From: an uncultured Planctomycetota bacterium
GTDB taxonomy: Bacteria; Planctomycetota; Planctomycetia; Pirellulales; Lacipirellulaceae
DNA: 64,000 bases
Direction of reading: 5' to 3'
NCBI GenBank assembly: GCA_963713365.1
Contig: CAVQLN010000016.1
Location: forward strand, 2,636-66,635
Each line of letters opens with the position of its first letter. The first letter of the stretch is position 1. Positions 30,416-41,861 of the stretch are shown piece by piece. The notes under the pieces were generated by a model, which worked only from the letters and a program-made list of their open reading frames with translations, did not search any database and had not been told where the DNA came from. The translations under genes were made by a program, and so were the position numbers.

Positions 30416-31108
30416 CTATACTTCCGACTCGTCATCCTGCAGGTAGAACGACAATTCATGCACGTCGCCGGCCGACGTCAGCTCGCCGCGCAGCTCTCCG
30501 CGCCGCGCCGGATCGCGCAATAGCAGCCGATAACTCAAAACGTTGCGGGCGTCAGGGCTGAGCCGCTCGCCCGTGAGGATCGTTCGATCCGAAAAGCGGT
30601 GCAGGATCTGCTCGATCCTTTCGCGCATCACGGCCGAATCGCCTGGAATCGACACGGAAAGCGCCGCGTCGAACCGGTGCCGCACGCCAAACTCCGTGAG
30701 CCACAAATAAAACAACACAAGAATCACCGCGCCCGCACCAACCAGGCCGGTCGAGTAACGAAACGTACCCGCTGCCATGCCTTCGACAATTGCCCACAGG
30801 ATGTAAGTCGTGTCGCGCGTGTCTTTGAGCACGTTTCGAAATCGCACCACGGCAAACACGGCCAGCAGCCCGAAGGCAATCATCAGGCTGCCCGCCATGA
30901 GGATCATCATCAGCGCCACGGTGACGGGCAAAACCACCAGCGAGGCGACAAACGACGACGAGTAGCTGGGCGTCGTGTGCGTCGCCATGTAGACCCAGCC
31001 GATGAGCTGCCCGATGACAAACGCCACCAGCAGCGAGAGAAACACCGTCTCGATCGGCGGCGACGAACTCGGATCGCCGTAACGCAACAAATCGAACCAC
31101 TGCGTCAT
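30416..31108 (-). CDS. DUF4956-domain multi-pass membrane protein
   Basis: Intact 230-aa ORF. The segment LAVFAVVRFRNVLKDTRDTTYILWAIVEGMAAG matches my memory of the DUF4956 signature. The start overlaps the upstream VTC gene stop (ATGA at 31105-31108). Confidence 0.78.
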   Translation of the reverse strand: MTQWFDLLRYGDPSSSPPIETVFLSLLVAFVIGQLIGWVYMATHTTPSYSSSFVASLVVLPVTVALMMILMAGSLMIAFGLLAVFAVVRFRNVLKDTRDTTYILWAIVEGMAAGTFRYSTGLVGAGAVILVLFYLWLTEFGVRHRFDAALSVSIPGDSAVMRERIEQILHRFSDRTILTGERLSPDARNVLSYRLLLRDPARRGELRGELTSAGDVHELSFYLQDDESEV

Positions 31109-31869
31109 CGCATCCCCCCAGCAAGCTCGCGCGCCATCTTGGGCCGCACTCCCAACGCATCGACGCCAAACACGTACTTTGGAAACGACCGACGCTGCAA
31201 GCCAAAGTGCGTAATGAGATCGTGCATCCAGCGCGGCGCTCGGCCGTTGTACTTGAGTTCCAACACCGCGCCATCCACTACCACGAATGCTTCATCCAAT
31301 GGCACCGTAAGGCCCATCTCGGGATGATAGGGATGGCCGGCAAGCTGCCGGTCGAACGTCACGCGGACCGACTCAGCCGTCGGCGAAACGTACGCCTGGC
31401 GGCGGTAGGAAATGAACGCGGTGCCCACAGCGTGCAGCCGATCGCGGCACTCGCAAAATTGAGACAAGGCACGGGCCGAAGTTTCGCTGGGCGAAAGCAA
31501 CTCCGCGGAACTGATCCATTCGCCGCGCAGGACTGCTTCGGCCGCCCGCTTGCTCACCGCGGCGCACAGCTTGTGAACCGTTTCCGTCTTCCGCTGCTTG
31601 ATTTCCAGATAAGCCGGGCTGTTCGGCGCATTTTCGTAAAAGCGGATGCGCAACTTGTAGCGGTTCTTGATCCCGTCGCACGACTGCCGATACAGCGCAT
31701 AACTCGGAGTATCGAGATACAGGCTGCAGACGCGGTAACCGAACTGCTCGCCCGGCGCCATATGCTCGTCGAGCGGAAGATACGATTCGACGAAGTGCCG
31801 AATCGCGTCGGCCGCGTGCTCCGGGACGACGAACTTCCGCTCGTAACGAAATATCTCTGATACTGCCAT
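31105..31869 (-). CDS. VTC-domain (polyphosphate polymerase domain) protein
   Basis: From ATG 31869: FRYERKFVV...YRVCSLYLDTPSYALY...NRYKLRIRFYEN..AYLEIKQRKTETVHK. This is the bacterial VTC / triphosphate-tunnel pattern as I recall it. Confidence 0.78.
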   Translation of the reverse strand: MAVSEIFRYERKFVVPEHAADAIRHFVESYLPLDEHMAPGEQFGYRVCSLYLDTPSYALYRQSCDGIKNRYKLRIRFYENAPNSPAYLEIKQRKTETVHKLCAAVSKRAAEAVLRGEWISSAELLSPSETSARALSQFCECRDRLHAVGTAFISYRRQAYVSPTAESVRVTFDRQLAGHPYHPEMGLTVPLDEAFVVVDGAVLELKYNGRAPRWMHDLITHFGLQRRSFPKYVFGVDALGVRPKMARELAGGMR

Positions 31870-31903
31870 ATCCGCCAGTTCGCCCGGCCCACGTGCGCCG
31901 GCG

Positions 31904-32881
31904 TTATTCCACCTCGGCCTCGAGGTCTTCATCACCGTCTCGCGAGGCCATCCAGCGAATGACTTTCTTATGCGTATCCTCGGAGAAGAATTGAACCGAG
32001 GCATCGCACAGCAATATGTTGGCGCCGCCCACATGATCGGAGTGCATCCGCTCGTCGTACCACGCCTTCGGCACCTGTTCATTCACGCCGTCGTCGATGT
32101 GCGTAACGTTGACGCCCGACGCCCACGCGCCATGCAGCGCATCGATTTGCCCCTTGTCGACGCTCACGCCCCGACCGGTGCATTCGACCACGCATAAAGT
32201 GTGCGTTAAACCGTCGGTAATTTTTGCGGAGGTGATCGGAGGCGGCTCGATCAGCTCATCTTCCTTCGCCAAGCCCTTCGTGCCGATCAGCACGCCCCGC
32301 TGCCGATCGTACTCTTGCTTGGTAATCGGGTGTTTCGCATCTTTGTCGGGCCCCGAAATCCCCATGTAGTCGATGCAGCCCAGGCCCTCACCCGGCATGC
32401 CGCCCAGGTTAAAAAGATGCCCGTCCGGCGTGCGGTGGTCCTCCACCTGCGACGTGCTCGGGCAAAGATACGTCGGAATGATTTGCGTGGTGACGGGCAG
32501 GTTTTTCGGATCCGTGAACGGCTTCTTGAGATCCATCGCGTCGTGCAGCGTGTTCTGCTCAATGTATTCGAGCAGGAACGAACACCAGGCCATCGCGAAC
32601 GAGTTGGGGTCGCTCGTGGGCCCCGACCACTTCTTGCCGGCCGGCCAGCGCTTCCGTGCGGCTTCGTAGTTATGCAGCCCGATGCCGATCTGCCGAAGAT
32701 TGTTCGCGCATTGGGTCCGCCGCGACGACTCCCGCGCCGACTGGACCGCGGGAATCAAAAGGGCCAGCAGAATGCCAATAATGGCAATCACCACGAGCAG
32801 CTCGACGAGCGTAAAGCCCGCCCATTTGCGGCCCTCGCACGTCAATCGGGACCCGTCCGCCTGTCGTGTCCAGCTGCTCAT
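31904..32881 (-). CDS. DUF1559-domain protein with a prepilin-type N-terminal cleavage/methylation signal
   Basis: [53 protein letters not shown], a central ITDGLTHTL and a C-terminal [18 protein letters not shown] place the start at ATG 32881. Confidence 0.9.
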   Translation of the reverse strand: MSSWTRQADGSRLTCEGRKWAGFTLVELLVVIAIIGILLALLIPAVQSARESSRRTQCANNLRQIGIGLHNYEAARKRWPAGKKWSGPTSDPNSFAMAWCSFLLEYIEQNTLHDAMDLKKPFTDPKNLPVTTQIIPTYLCPSTSQVEDHRTPDGHLFNLGGMPGEGLGCIDYMGISGPDKDAKHPITKQEYDRQRGVLIGTKGLAKEDELIEPPPITSAKITDGLTHTLCVVECTGRGVSVDKGQIDALHGAWASGVNVTHIDDGVNEQVPKAWYDERMHSDHVGGANILLCDASVQFFSEDTHKKVIRWMASRDGDEDLEAEVE

Positions 32882-33227
32882 GTATGCATCCTCTCTCTCC
32901 CCTCCCCCTAAACTTAACAGTATACACACATAATCTTCAAGATTGGCAAACTATCTTCTCAACTTGAACCGTTTCGGCCAGCTTGGCGCCGATCGGGTGA
33001 ATCCAAGATGACCAGCAGCCGCTCGCCGCAAAGCAGCAGGCGTGTGAACAGGATAACAAAGCCGACCAAAGGCCAAACCAAACCGACGGAGCGGCACCGT
33101 GGTCCGTTAGACCGATAATCGCCGGGAAACACGCGGCCGGAAGCGCACCACGCGCAAGAGCGTCCGCCAGGTCGACGAAACACCCGTCCCGCCGGCTGCC
33201 GCCCCGAAACTGCTGAACCACACCGCT

Positions 33228-34152
33228 TCAGCCGCCCCGCCGAACCACGCCGGCCGGCACTGGAAAAATCACGATCGCCTCCTGGTCACCTTCGCTGACC
33301 GTGTAGTAGCTATTCCCGTCCGGCGTAAAGCCAACCGCCTCGCCGTTCTGTGCCTGTGCCGCCGCGCGAACCAGCACTGGGCGCGGCGCGCTTGAACGAA
33401 TCGACTACGCTCGACCCCTCCGGACGGCTCCAAATCCAGCCCCGATCCTCGTCGCGCAGAATAATGAGGTCTCCCTCGGCGGAAATGTCGCCCGCCGAAA
33501 CATCTTCGACATTCAAATAGCCGACGAGCTCAAGCACGATCGGCGCAGCCGTTTTCAGACGATCGGCCCCGACGCGATACAACCGCGACCGGTTCTCCTC
33601 TTTGACCACGATGAACACGTCGCCCGTTATCGGGTCGACTAACAGCGCTTCGGCGTCGTGTGGCCCGTCCGGATAGCGGAGGCGGAACTCTTCCACGCCC
33701 TGGGCGTCGAGTTTCTTGTCTCGGACAGTTTGCAGCGCTGGTTCCGGAAAGCGAACGACGCGCACGTCCGGTCGGCTCGATTCGTTGTCGCCGATGTCGC
33801 CGAAGAACAGGTAATCAACACCCTTCTCGCTCCCGGGCCCAATCGCCATATCCTCCACATCGATCATCTGCACGTTCACGCGCACGCGAGCAACCAGTTG
33901 GCCCACCGTTGTGACGGCGAAAACCTGCTTTTCGTCGCCGTCATTGTGCAGCCAAATTACGTCCGGATTCTGCCGGCTTACGGCCAGCCCGGAAACCTCG
34001 CCCAAATTTCGCACGCGAATCCGGCCCGTTTCGCGCGGTCCCACACGCTCTTGCCCAACAGCCACCAGTGCCGTCAATACCAACGCCGAGGCAAGCGACA
34101 TCACCGCCACCCTGACAACCCGCCAAATCTCACGTCGTCGCTGCATGCGCAA
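33228..34152 (-). CDS. Secreted beta-propeller-like protein (SdiA-regulated / phytase-like esterase type?), one frame change
   Basis: ORF 33310-34152 has a signal/TM segment and EVSGLAVS..IWLHNDGD. The tail continues in another frame (GEAVGFTPDGNSYYTVSEGD) to a stop at 33228-33230. The join is near 33385. The family call is tentative. Confidence 0.5.
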
Positions 34153-34371
34153 ACTGCCTCTGTCTGCAAGCCGTCGTTTCTAAACCTCAAGACCGAGTAA
34201 CGTCATTTTAATGTAACACCGACCAGCCTGGTATCGCGCCGCAGGACGGCCGTTGCGGCCCCCATCCGTCGCGGATATTATCGTAGTCTCCCTCAAATCG
34301 AGTCATCGCCGCGGAGTGCCAAAGGCGCACGCCTGGTTCCCCGCATCCTGCATCCCTATCCTGCACCTCCC

Positions 34372-34902
34372 ATGCGCCACGTCCTTTCGGCCACCGTGCA
34401 AAACGTGCCCGGCGTGCTGGCCCACGTCGCCGGCATGTTCGCCTCGCGCGGCTTCAACATCGACAGCCTCGCCGTCGGCGAAACCGAAGACCCGCGTCTC
34501 TCGCGGATGACGTTCGTCGTCGTCGGCGACGACAGCGTGCTGGAGCAAGTCCGCAAGCAGCTCGAAAAGATCGTCACCGTCGTCCGGGTCGACGACGTCA
34601 GCTCGCACGACCACGTCGAACGCGACCTGATGCTGATCAAGGTCAAAATGAAGCCCGGCCAGCGGATGGAAATCCGCGAGCTGGCCGAAATCTTCCGCGG
34701 CCGAATCGTCGACGTCGCCCCAGAAGAAGTCATGGTCGAAATCGCCGGCCAGGAAAAAAAGATCGAAGCCTTCATCGACCTGATGCGACCCTTCGGCATC
34801 GTCGAGCTGGTCCGCACCGGCCGAATCGCCATGGTCCGCAGCATCGACCGCAGCAACCACGTCGGCACCGGCCTGCGAAAGTTCGCGGCCGAAGAAACGT
34901 AG
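34372..34902 (+). CDS. ilvN: Acetolactate synthase small (regulatory) subunit
   Basis: Intact 176-aa ORF: MRHVLSATVQNVPGVLAHVAGMFASRGFNIDSLAVGETED (ACT domain) and the typical C-terminal domain. Confidence 0.9.
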   Translation: MRHVLSATVQNVPGVLAHVAGMFASRGFNIDSLAVGETEDPRLSRMTFVVVGDDSVLEQVRKQLEKIVTVVRVDDVSSHDHVERDLMLIKVKMKPGQRMEIRELAEIFRGRIVDVAPEEVMVEIAGQEKKIEAFIDLMRPFGIVELVRTGRIAMVRSIDRSNHVGTGLRKFAAEET

Positions 34903-34918
34903 TGCGATCGCAGAGGAA

Positions 34919-36063
<1,145 letters not shown>

Positions 36064-36088
36064 TTCTAAAGAAGTCGATTAACCGAAC

Positions 36089-36140
36089 TCTCTCTCCCTT
36101 TTCGGATCCGCCGTGGCGGAAGAGGGCCGGGGTGAGGGTG
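36089..36140. repeat. GC-rich C-tract/G-tract element (type E) with a CCGCCGTGGCGG palindromic core
   Basis: Read directly: CTCTCTCCCTTTTCGGATCCGCCGTGGCGGAAGAGGGCCGGGGTGAGGGTG. Its 3' half resembles 39287-39308 (GAAGGGGCTAGGGGAGGGTG). Confidence 0.5.
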
Positions 36141-36186
36141 CCTTGGCCGAGTTGATTGCTGACGACTTTTCTGCGACTGCTGGCCG

Positions 36187-36397
36187 TGCAGCGCCGATTA
36201 CAATCTGTGGCGAACGAACTTCGGCTGGACCTACACAGCCCCGCCAACCGCCGCCAGCATGCCAGAACCGAGCATCTGCTTACTGCTGGGTTTTATTGCT
36301 TTCGTTTACGGCACGGCGCCGCCGCCGGCCTCCTTTTCGCCGCCTGCGAATGATCGTCCACGCGGCAACCAACAACCGATCGCTCGCAATGATTTGA
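36187..36397 (+). pseudogene. 5'-truncated remnant of a dockerin-like / PEP-CTERM protein gene
   Basis: The frame from 36193 reads ADYNLWRTNFGWTYTAPPTAASMPEPSICLLLGFIAFVYGTA. A one-nt shift then gives ARRRRRP (PEP-CTERM anchor plus Arg cluster). No upstream body exists; a stop lies immediately 5' in that frame. Confidence 0.45.
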
Positions 36398-36487
36398 ACC
36401 TCATGCGCGGCGCATATAAAATGAACGGCGTGATTTTTGGCGTTGCGGCATCGTTCCGTTCTGCGCGACCGTCGATTACGAGAGCAA

Positions 36488-37831
36488 ATGAACCGCACGC
36501 CGATATGGTTATGGCTTGTCCTTGCGGCCGCTTACGCCGCGCCGCCCGCGCGCGATGCTCGCGCGGTTACGCCGTCAACCGCTTGGAGTCGGCAAATCGG
36601 CACCACGCAGGATGATGAAAGTTTTGCCGTCTCGGCCGACGGGCTGGGAAGCGTCTATTTATCTGGCTATACCACCGGCAGCTTAGGTGGCATGAACGCT
36701 GGCGGCGAGGATGCGTTTGTCGCCAAGTACGATGCGGCCGGCACGCAGCTCTGGAGCCGCCAGCTTGGCACCGCCGCCAACGACCGCAGCTACGGTGTGT
36801 CGGCCGACAAGCTAGGCAACGTGTTCGTTGTCGGCTCCACGCTGGGCAACCTCGGCGGCACGAACGCCGGTTCCAGCGATGCATTCGTGACGAAATATAA
36901 CGCGGCGGGCAACCTCGTTTGGACCCGGCAGTTCGGCAACGATTTCGGTGAGATCGGCCGTGCGGCCGCCGTCGACCGCCAGGGCGGCGTCTACGTCACG
37001 GGCTATCTCGGTATCCCGCGCGGCGACGGCGTAAGCCGCCTCGGCGCCATCGCCGCCTACGTGCGCAAGTACAGCAGCGTCGGCACGGTTGTTTGGGAGC
37101 GTCTGCTCGATACGCCGCACAACGAATACGGCCTGGGCTTAACGGTCGACAACGCTGGAAACGTCTATGTCGGCGGCGAAACGGGCGGCAGCCTGGGCGG
37201 CCCGCTCGTCAGTGTATCCGATGCATTCGTGAGCAAATTCGATGCGGCTGGAAACCCGTTATGGACGCGCCAATTGGGGAGCTTCGACACCGAGAGCGTG
37301 CGAGGTGTTTCGATCGATGGCACCGGCAACGTCTATTTCGGCGGCAACACGTATGGGTCATCGTTTGGCGGCTCGGCGGGCGGGTCCGATGCCTTCATCG
37401 GCTCGTACAACTCGGACGGCATCCTGCAATGGATCGACCAGTTCGGCACGCGCTACTACGAATCGGGAAATGCCGTCGCGGCGGATGCAGCAGGCAACGT
37501 GTTCATCGCGGGCGGCACCCAGGGCCGTTTCGACAGCACGGGCCCTTCGCTGACCAGCACCGACGTGTTTGTCGCCAAGCATGACGTGAACGGCACTCAG
37601 GTTTGGAAGCAAAAATTCGCCAGCATCAATCCGGATGAGGCCTACGGTATATCATTCGACGGAATGGGGAACCTTTACATCGCGGGCACAGCAGGCGGCG
37701 GCCTGGCCGGAGAGCGGCTTGGAGAAGACGATGCGTTCTTGATGAAGTTCAGCATTTTGCCCGAACCGGCCGCCGCACAACTGTTGCTTTTGACGGCGAT
37801 GCTCGCAACTGGCTGGAGGCGGCCAAGGTAA
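36488..37831 (+). CDS. SBBP-repeat (beta-propeller) secreted protein with a PEP-CTERM-type tail
   Basis: Intact. I place the start at ATG 36488. Repeated units ..DG.GNVY..G.T.G.LGG.N.GG.DAFV.KY...G...W.RQ.G..; tail LPEPAAAQLLLLTAMLATGWRRPR. Confidence 0.75.
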   Translation: MNRTPIWLWLVLAAAYAAPPARDARAVTPSTAWSRQIGTTQDDESFAVSADGLGSVYLSGYTTGSLGGMNAGGEDAFVAKYDAAGTQLWSRQLGTAANDRSYGVSADKLGNVFVVGSTLGNLGGTNAGSSDAFVTKYNAAGNLVWTRQFGNDFGEIGRAAAVDRQGGVYVTGYLGIPRGDGVSRLGAIAAYVRKYSSVGTVVWERLLDTPHNEYGLGLTVDNAGNVYVGGETGGSLGGPLVSVSDAFVSKFDAAGNPLWTRQLGSFDTESVRGVSIDGTGNVYFGGNTYGSSFGGSAGGSDAFIGSYNSDGILQWIDQFGTRYYESGNAVAADAAGNVFIAGGTQGRFDSTGPSLTSTDVFVAKHDVNGTQVWKQKFASINPDEAYGISFDGMGNLYIAGTAGGGLAGERLGEDDAFLMKFSILPEPAAAQLLLLTAMLATGWRRPR

Positions 37832-37901
37832 GCAGCACCGACGTCAATAAGCGCTCGCTGGTGGACGCGAATGGGCACGACGCACTGCGCGTCCCGGGCG
37901 G

Positions 37902-38378
37902 TCACGGCTTATTCGTCAAATCGAAATCCGCTGAGTAGGTGCCGTCGGGCGGGACGGTCAATCGCAGCGAGCCGTCGGTGAATCGATGCGGCCAATTGTC
38001 GACCGCGGCGGTGCGATTTGCTCGCGGATCGTCTTCCCAAACCTGCAAGTCGCCCTCCACGGAGGCTTTAGATGGGTTTTCTGCCGCAGGCTCGGCGGGC
38101 TTCGTGATCATGACGCGATGCTCGCCGATAATCTCGCCTTTCCTGGCCGGCTTCACAAGCTCAAGCTCAAAGCGCCCTTGAGCATCCGTGAGACCGAACG
38201 AACCGGCGCCCGGATTTCGCGAGTCCCGAGCGATCGGCTGGGTCGTTATGCCGGCGCCGGCCAGCGGCCGACCTTCCAACGTGATCCTTCCAGACACGTG
38301 TGCTAACGGCAGGCTCTCGCCGCAGCCGGCACAGCACAGAAGCGAAAGCACCACAAACCGATAAGACGTGATGACCAC
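37902..38378 (-). CDS. Lipoprotein with a carboxypeptidase-regulatory-like (transthyretin-like) domain
   Basis: Intact ORF with a GTG start. Lipobox LSLLCCAGC, then VSGRITLEGRPLAGAGI. It sits just downstream of a DUF1559 gene, a pairing common in planctomycetes. Confidence 0.62.
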   Translation of the reverse strand: MVITSYRFVVLSLLCCAGCGESLPLAHVSGRITLEGRPLAGAGITTQPIARDSRNPGAGSFGLTDAQGRFELELVKPARKGEIIGEHRVMITKPAEPAAENPSKASVEGDLQVWEDDPRANRTAAVDNWPHRFTDGSLRLTVPPDGTYSADFDLTNKP

Positions 38379-38434
38379 ACCTGCCGTCCGCAGTCACGTG
38401 GTTTGCCAGCCTGCCCGGCTGAAAATTGAGCTAA

Positions 38435-39225
38435 TCATTCGTGTTGAATTACCTCACCGGCCGCCACCGTCGACATTGCGCCAAACAGGAAGATATCGAT
38501 CGATTCGGACAGAAGTTGTACGGAGCCATCGCACATGGCGACGTTGAAACCGGCCGCATGCAGACTTCCCCACGATCGCTTGCAGGGGTCTTCGCCAAAG
38601 GCGCCGGGGATGCGCAAGCAGCGATCATAATCCGAAATGATCGACCGGGTTTGCAGAAACGTCAACGAGCGTTGATAGGAAGTGTAGGTGTAAGCCCAAA
38701 ACGTGCGACGCCGCAATGCTTCCGGAGACAGACCGAGATGTGATTTTTCGCCAAGAAGCATCGTGGCGGAAGTACCGTCGGTAATGTCCTTCAACTTCAC
38801 GGGAGAAGTAAGACTCCATGGCGGATTGGACATCACAACCGGGTTAGCAACCCACGGGTTATCGAACATCGTTCCGATCCCAGGAAGCGGCCCACGCTCC
38901 TGCACGTATTGTTTGTTTTGTTGCGAGGAACTGTCCCAAAATGCTTGTGACTGCGTAGTACAGAGCCCGGCGTTGCCCCGATAGGAGCCGCGATTGTACC
39001 GGACGCCGCTACCGGGGCCGCTGGCAGGGAATTCGTTCAAGCTCGTGCCTTCGTCGGTCGGACAATCATGAACTGCGACATTCGCCTCTCGCACGACACT
39101 ATTGATCAGCCCGTCGCTATCGACGTCGGTCCGGCTTTCGTTCGGCTCGTCGAAATCGTATTTGTCGAAGAGGGCCTGCTCTTCGATGAAAGGGAGAATC
39201 AGGATGGGCCAGCCCGTTCCACTGG
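38435..39225 (-). pseudogene. DUF1559-domain gene lacking its prepilin-type N-terminus (5'-truncated)
   Basis: A DUF1559-like body is present from WPILILPFIEEQALFDKYDF through KDITDGTSATMLLGEKS to HAAGFNVAMCDGSVQLL. The [10 protein letters not shown]... leader is absent in all three frames. The upstream enolase-family gene ends at 39319. Confidence 0.72.
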
Positions 39226-39273
39226 GAGTGTCGCAGCAGCGCCGTCGGTAATGCCGCCGGCTGTCCGTTTGAA

Positions 39274-39308
39274 TTCCCCTCCCTTGAAGGAAGGGGCTAG
39301 GGGAGGGT
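39274..39308. repeat. GC-rich C-tract/G-tract element (type E)
   Basis: Read directly: TTCCCCTCCCTTGAAGGAAGGGGCTAGGGGAGGGTG (stem CCCTT/AAGGG). It sits exactly at the truncation point of the DUF1559 remnant. Confidence 0.5.
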
Positions 39309-39318
39309 GAAGCTGCCG

Positions 39319-40743
39319 TCACGTTTGTGCGCCACCGATCGCAACGACCGGCTCCGGGAGCTCGCGGTCGATTTCGTCGGCGCGGTAGCCGAAGCCGGGC
39401 CCGGCGATCGTCGAGAGATCGAGCATGCCGCCGCGGCGCTTGTAGAGGCCGGGGTGAATGCGAGCCTCCGCCGCGGAGGCCTCCGGGTAGAACTGCATCG
39501 CGTTCGATTCCACGCCCATGATCGTGTCGGCATGCGCGGCCAGCAGCACGTGCGGGATTTGGGCCAGCATGGGGTTCGTGAGGTCTTGCACCATGAGCGA
39601 CATGCCGTGGGCACGCGCCCAGCATAGCGAAAGGATCGCGCCCGTTTGCGTCTTGCATGTTTTCAGCGCTACGCCGGTCCAGCCGAGCGACCGCCCTAGC
39701 CGCACCAGCCGCCAGTCGTGGGCGCTTTCGTCCATGAACAGCGGCTTGCGAGCCGACACGCTGCGCACGTCGATTTGATGGTATTCGAGGTCGTATGGAA
39801 ATGGCTGCTCGACGTACAGAATGGCGGCGAACACGGCCGGTTCATCGCGCGCCATCCGGTCAAGAATCTCGTTAACGTAGGCCGGTTCGCGGACCGTGCA
39901 GTTGAAGTCGGCGCTCAAATGCGCGACGCCGTGCGCGAGACCAAGCCGGCCGACGCGCACGAGCCGGTCGTAATCCCAGGCTGCGTCGTCGCCGCGGAGC
40001 TTCACCTTGAGGCATGTGAGACCGTCTCGGTCGATCCAGTCGCCGAGCAGCACGGGATAGCCATCATCAGGTTCGCGGCCGGTGAGGTCGTCGGGCTCGA
40101 GCGGATCGAGGCCGCCGACGAGGTGCCACACCGGCAGCTTGCGTTTGGGCGTTGCCGAAAGGTAGTCGACCGGATGCTGGCCGCGGAAATCAACGGCCGC
40201 GTCGTCCGGCTCAAGGAATGTCGCCAGGTCGACCGTCATGAATCCGCGATGGTAGGTCTCATACGTCGGCCGTTGGTGAAGCTGGCCGTAGGCATCGTGA
40301 ATCGCGATGTCGAAAGGCGAGCAGCAGATCAGGGCAGCCAGGTGCGGCAAGTGCCCTTCGGAGGTGCGGCCTTGATTCAATTCGTCGTTCATCCGGCCGA
40401 GCACTTCGCGCTGAAACGCGGAGCCGATTTCGATGGGATGCCCCCACGCACCAAAATTGGCCCACGCCTGCGCGAGCCGGCGGCAGAATTCGATCATCGC
40501 CTCATGCCGCTCGGCGTAAGAAAGATTTGCCGGCCAGGCCCACTGCACGCTGAGCGGTGTCTCGCCCCAGCCAGCGGCTGAGCGCCCATCGCGCCCGGCA
40601 ACGAAAACTCGCGCGCGCGCACAGGTCACGGAGGTGAGCGTTTCAGCCCCGAACTTCAGCGGCACGCGTGTGCTGACCGGCAGCAGATAGAGTTCAACGC
40701 CGGTTACGCGCGCATCGGTGGATTTGTTGGCCGTGCGGTCCAT
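39319..40743 (-). CDS. Enolase-superfamily enzyme (mandelate racemase / muconate lactonizing enzyme family)
   Basis: Intact. I place the start at ATG 40743. Motifs: LKVKLRGDD (KxK), SADFN, LYVEQPFP, LFMDESAHD and ALKTCK. Confidence 0.78.
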   Translation of the reverse strand: MDRTANKSTDARVTGVELYLLPVSTRVPLKFGAETLTSVTCARARVFVAGRDGRSAAGWGETPLSVQWAWPANLSYAERHEAMIEFCRRLAQAWANFGAWGHPIEIGSAFQREVLGRMNDELNQGRTSEGHLPHLAALICCSPFDIAIHDAYGQLHQRPTYETYHRGFMTVDLATFLEPDDAAVDFRGQHPVDYLSATPKRKLPVWHLVGGLDPLEPDDLTGREPDDGYPVLLGDWIDRDGLTCLKVKLRGDDAAWDYDRLVRVGRLGLAHGVAHLSADFNCTVREPAYVNEILDRMARDEPAVFAAILYVEQPFPYDLEYHQIDVRSVSARKPLFMDESAHDWRLVRLGRSLGWTGVALKTCKTQTGAILSLCWARAHGMSLMVQDLTNPMLAQIPHVLLAAHADTIMGVESNAMQFYPEASAAEARIHPGLYKRRGGMLDLSTIAGPGFGYRADEIDRELPEPVVAIGGAQT

Positions 40744-40927
40744 TGGATCGTGTCCATTGGAGCACCGAGTGCACATGTAGCAAAGAGGGGGGACAGCGAG
40801 ACGGGGGGCGATACCGTCAATCGACGTGGCATTTTTGAATACAAATAGTTGAACTTCATCGTCGCCGCGTGTGTAATTATCAAGCACGCCTGATTAAACA
40901 CACACGTCGCCAGAAGCTGGCCAATCC

Positions 40928-41844
40928 ATGTCTGGAGCCGTCATGAGCCGATTCATCGCACGTCGAGAGTTTTTGCGCGAGTCAGTTGCCATCGGAGCCA
41001 CGTTGGCTGCTGGAATGCAGACGCGTGCGACGGCTGGCGCTCGTGTCGCAATCCCATCTGCGTGTTTATCAAATTCGTCCAATCGCTCGGCTACGAGGAA
41101 CTGGCCGACGCCGTTGCCGAGATGGGCGCCGATGGGATCGAAGCCACGGTGCGCAAAGGCGGCTACATCGCGCCGGAACGTGCCGCCCAAGAGTTGCCTA
41201 AGCTGGCCGATGCAATGGCCAAGCGCAATCTCAAGATCACGATGATCACGACCGACGTCGTGCGAGTTGATGACCCCAACACGCGGCCGGTGTTGCAGAC
41301 GGCGGCAAAACTCGGTATCCCGATGTACCGCATGGGGTTTTACAAGTACGACCTCAAGCGGCCGGTCCTCGACCAATTGGAAGCGATCGGGCCTGCGCTC
41401 AAGGAGCTGGGCGCGCTCAACGCCGAGCTGGGAATCCAAGCGGTTTACCAGAATCATTCGGGCGCCGAGCACGTCGGCGGCACGGTGTGGGATATCTACG
41501 GCCTCATTAAAGACATCCCCAAAGAGCAAATTGCGCCTGGCGTTCGATATTCGCCACGCGACGATCGAGGCCGGCCTCTCCTGGCCGACCGTGTACAACG
41601 CGATGCGGCAGCGGATCGCGACGGTGTATGTGAAAGATTTCGACTGGGTCGGGCCGCCGCGCCGAACATGTCCCGCTCGGCAAGGGCCGCGTCGACAGGG
41701 CGTTCTTCCAGCACCTGCTGGCCGACGGATTCGCCGGACCGATTTCGCTGCATGTCGAGTACCTGGGCCGCGAGCGGCACCCAAGAAAACCTGGCCGCAC
41801 TTCGCCGAGACCTGGGCGTCCTCCGCGGCTGGCTGCAGTCATAA
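40928..41844 (+). CDS. Sugar phosphate isomerase/epimerase (xylose-isomerase-like TIM barrel) with a Tat-type signal, about four frame changes
   Basis: SRFIARREFLRESVAIGATLAAG is the Tat signal. The body runs FIKFVQSLGYEELADAVAEMGADGIE..., LAFDIRHATIEAG, PISLHVEYLG. Joins are near 41055, 41535, 41652 and 41775. Confidence 0.78.
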
Positions 41845-41861
41845 ATCCAATGAAAGCTATT

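Noticed and set aside
39226-39658. N-terminal ~140 aa of ORF 38435-39658, which would make the DUF1559 gene full length
   Set aside because: That part overlaps the 3' end of the enolase-family gene in another frame. It is Arg/Pro/Ala-rich junk and lacks the [10 protein letters not shown] prepilin leader.
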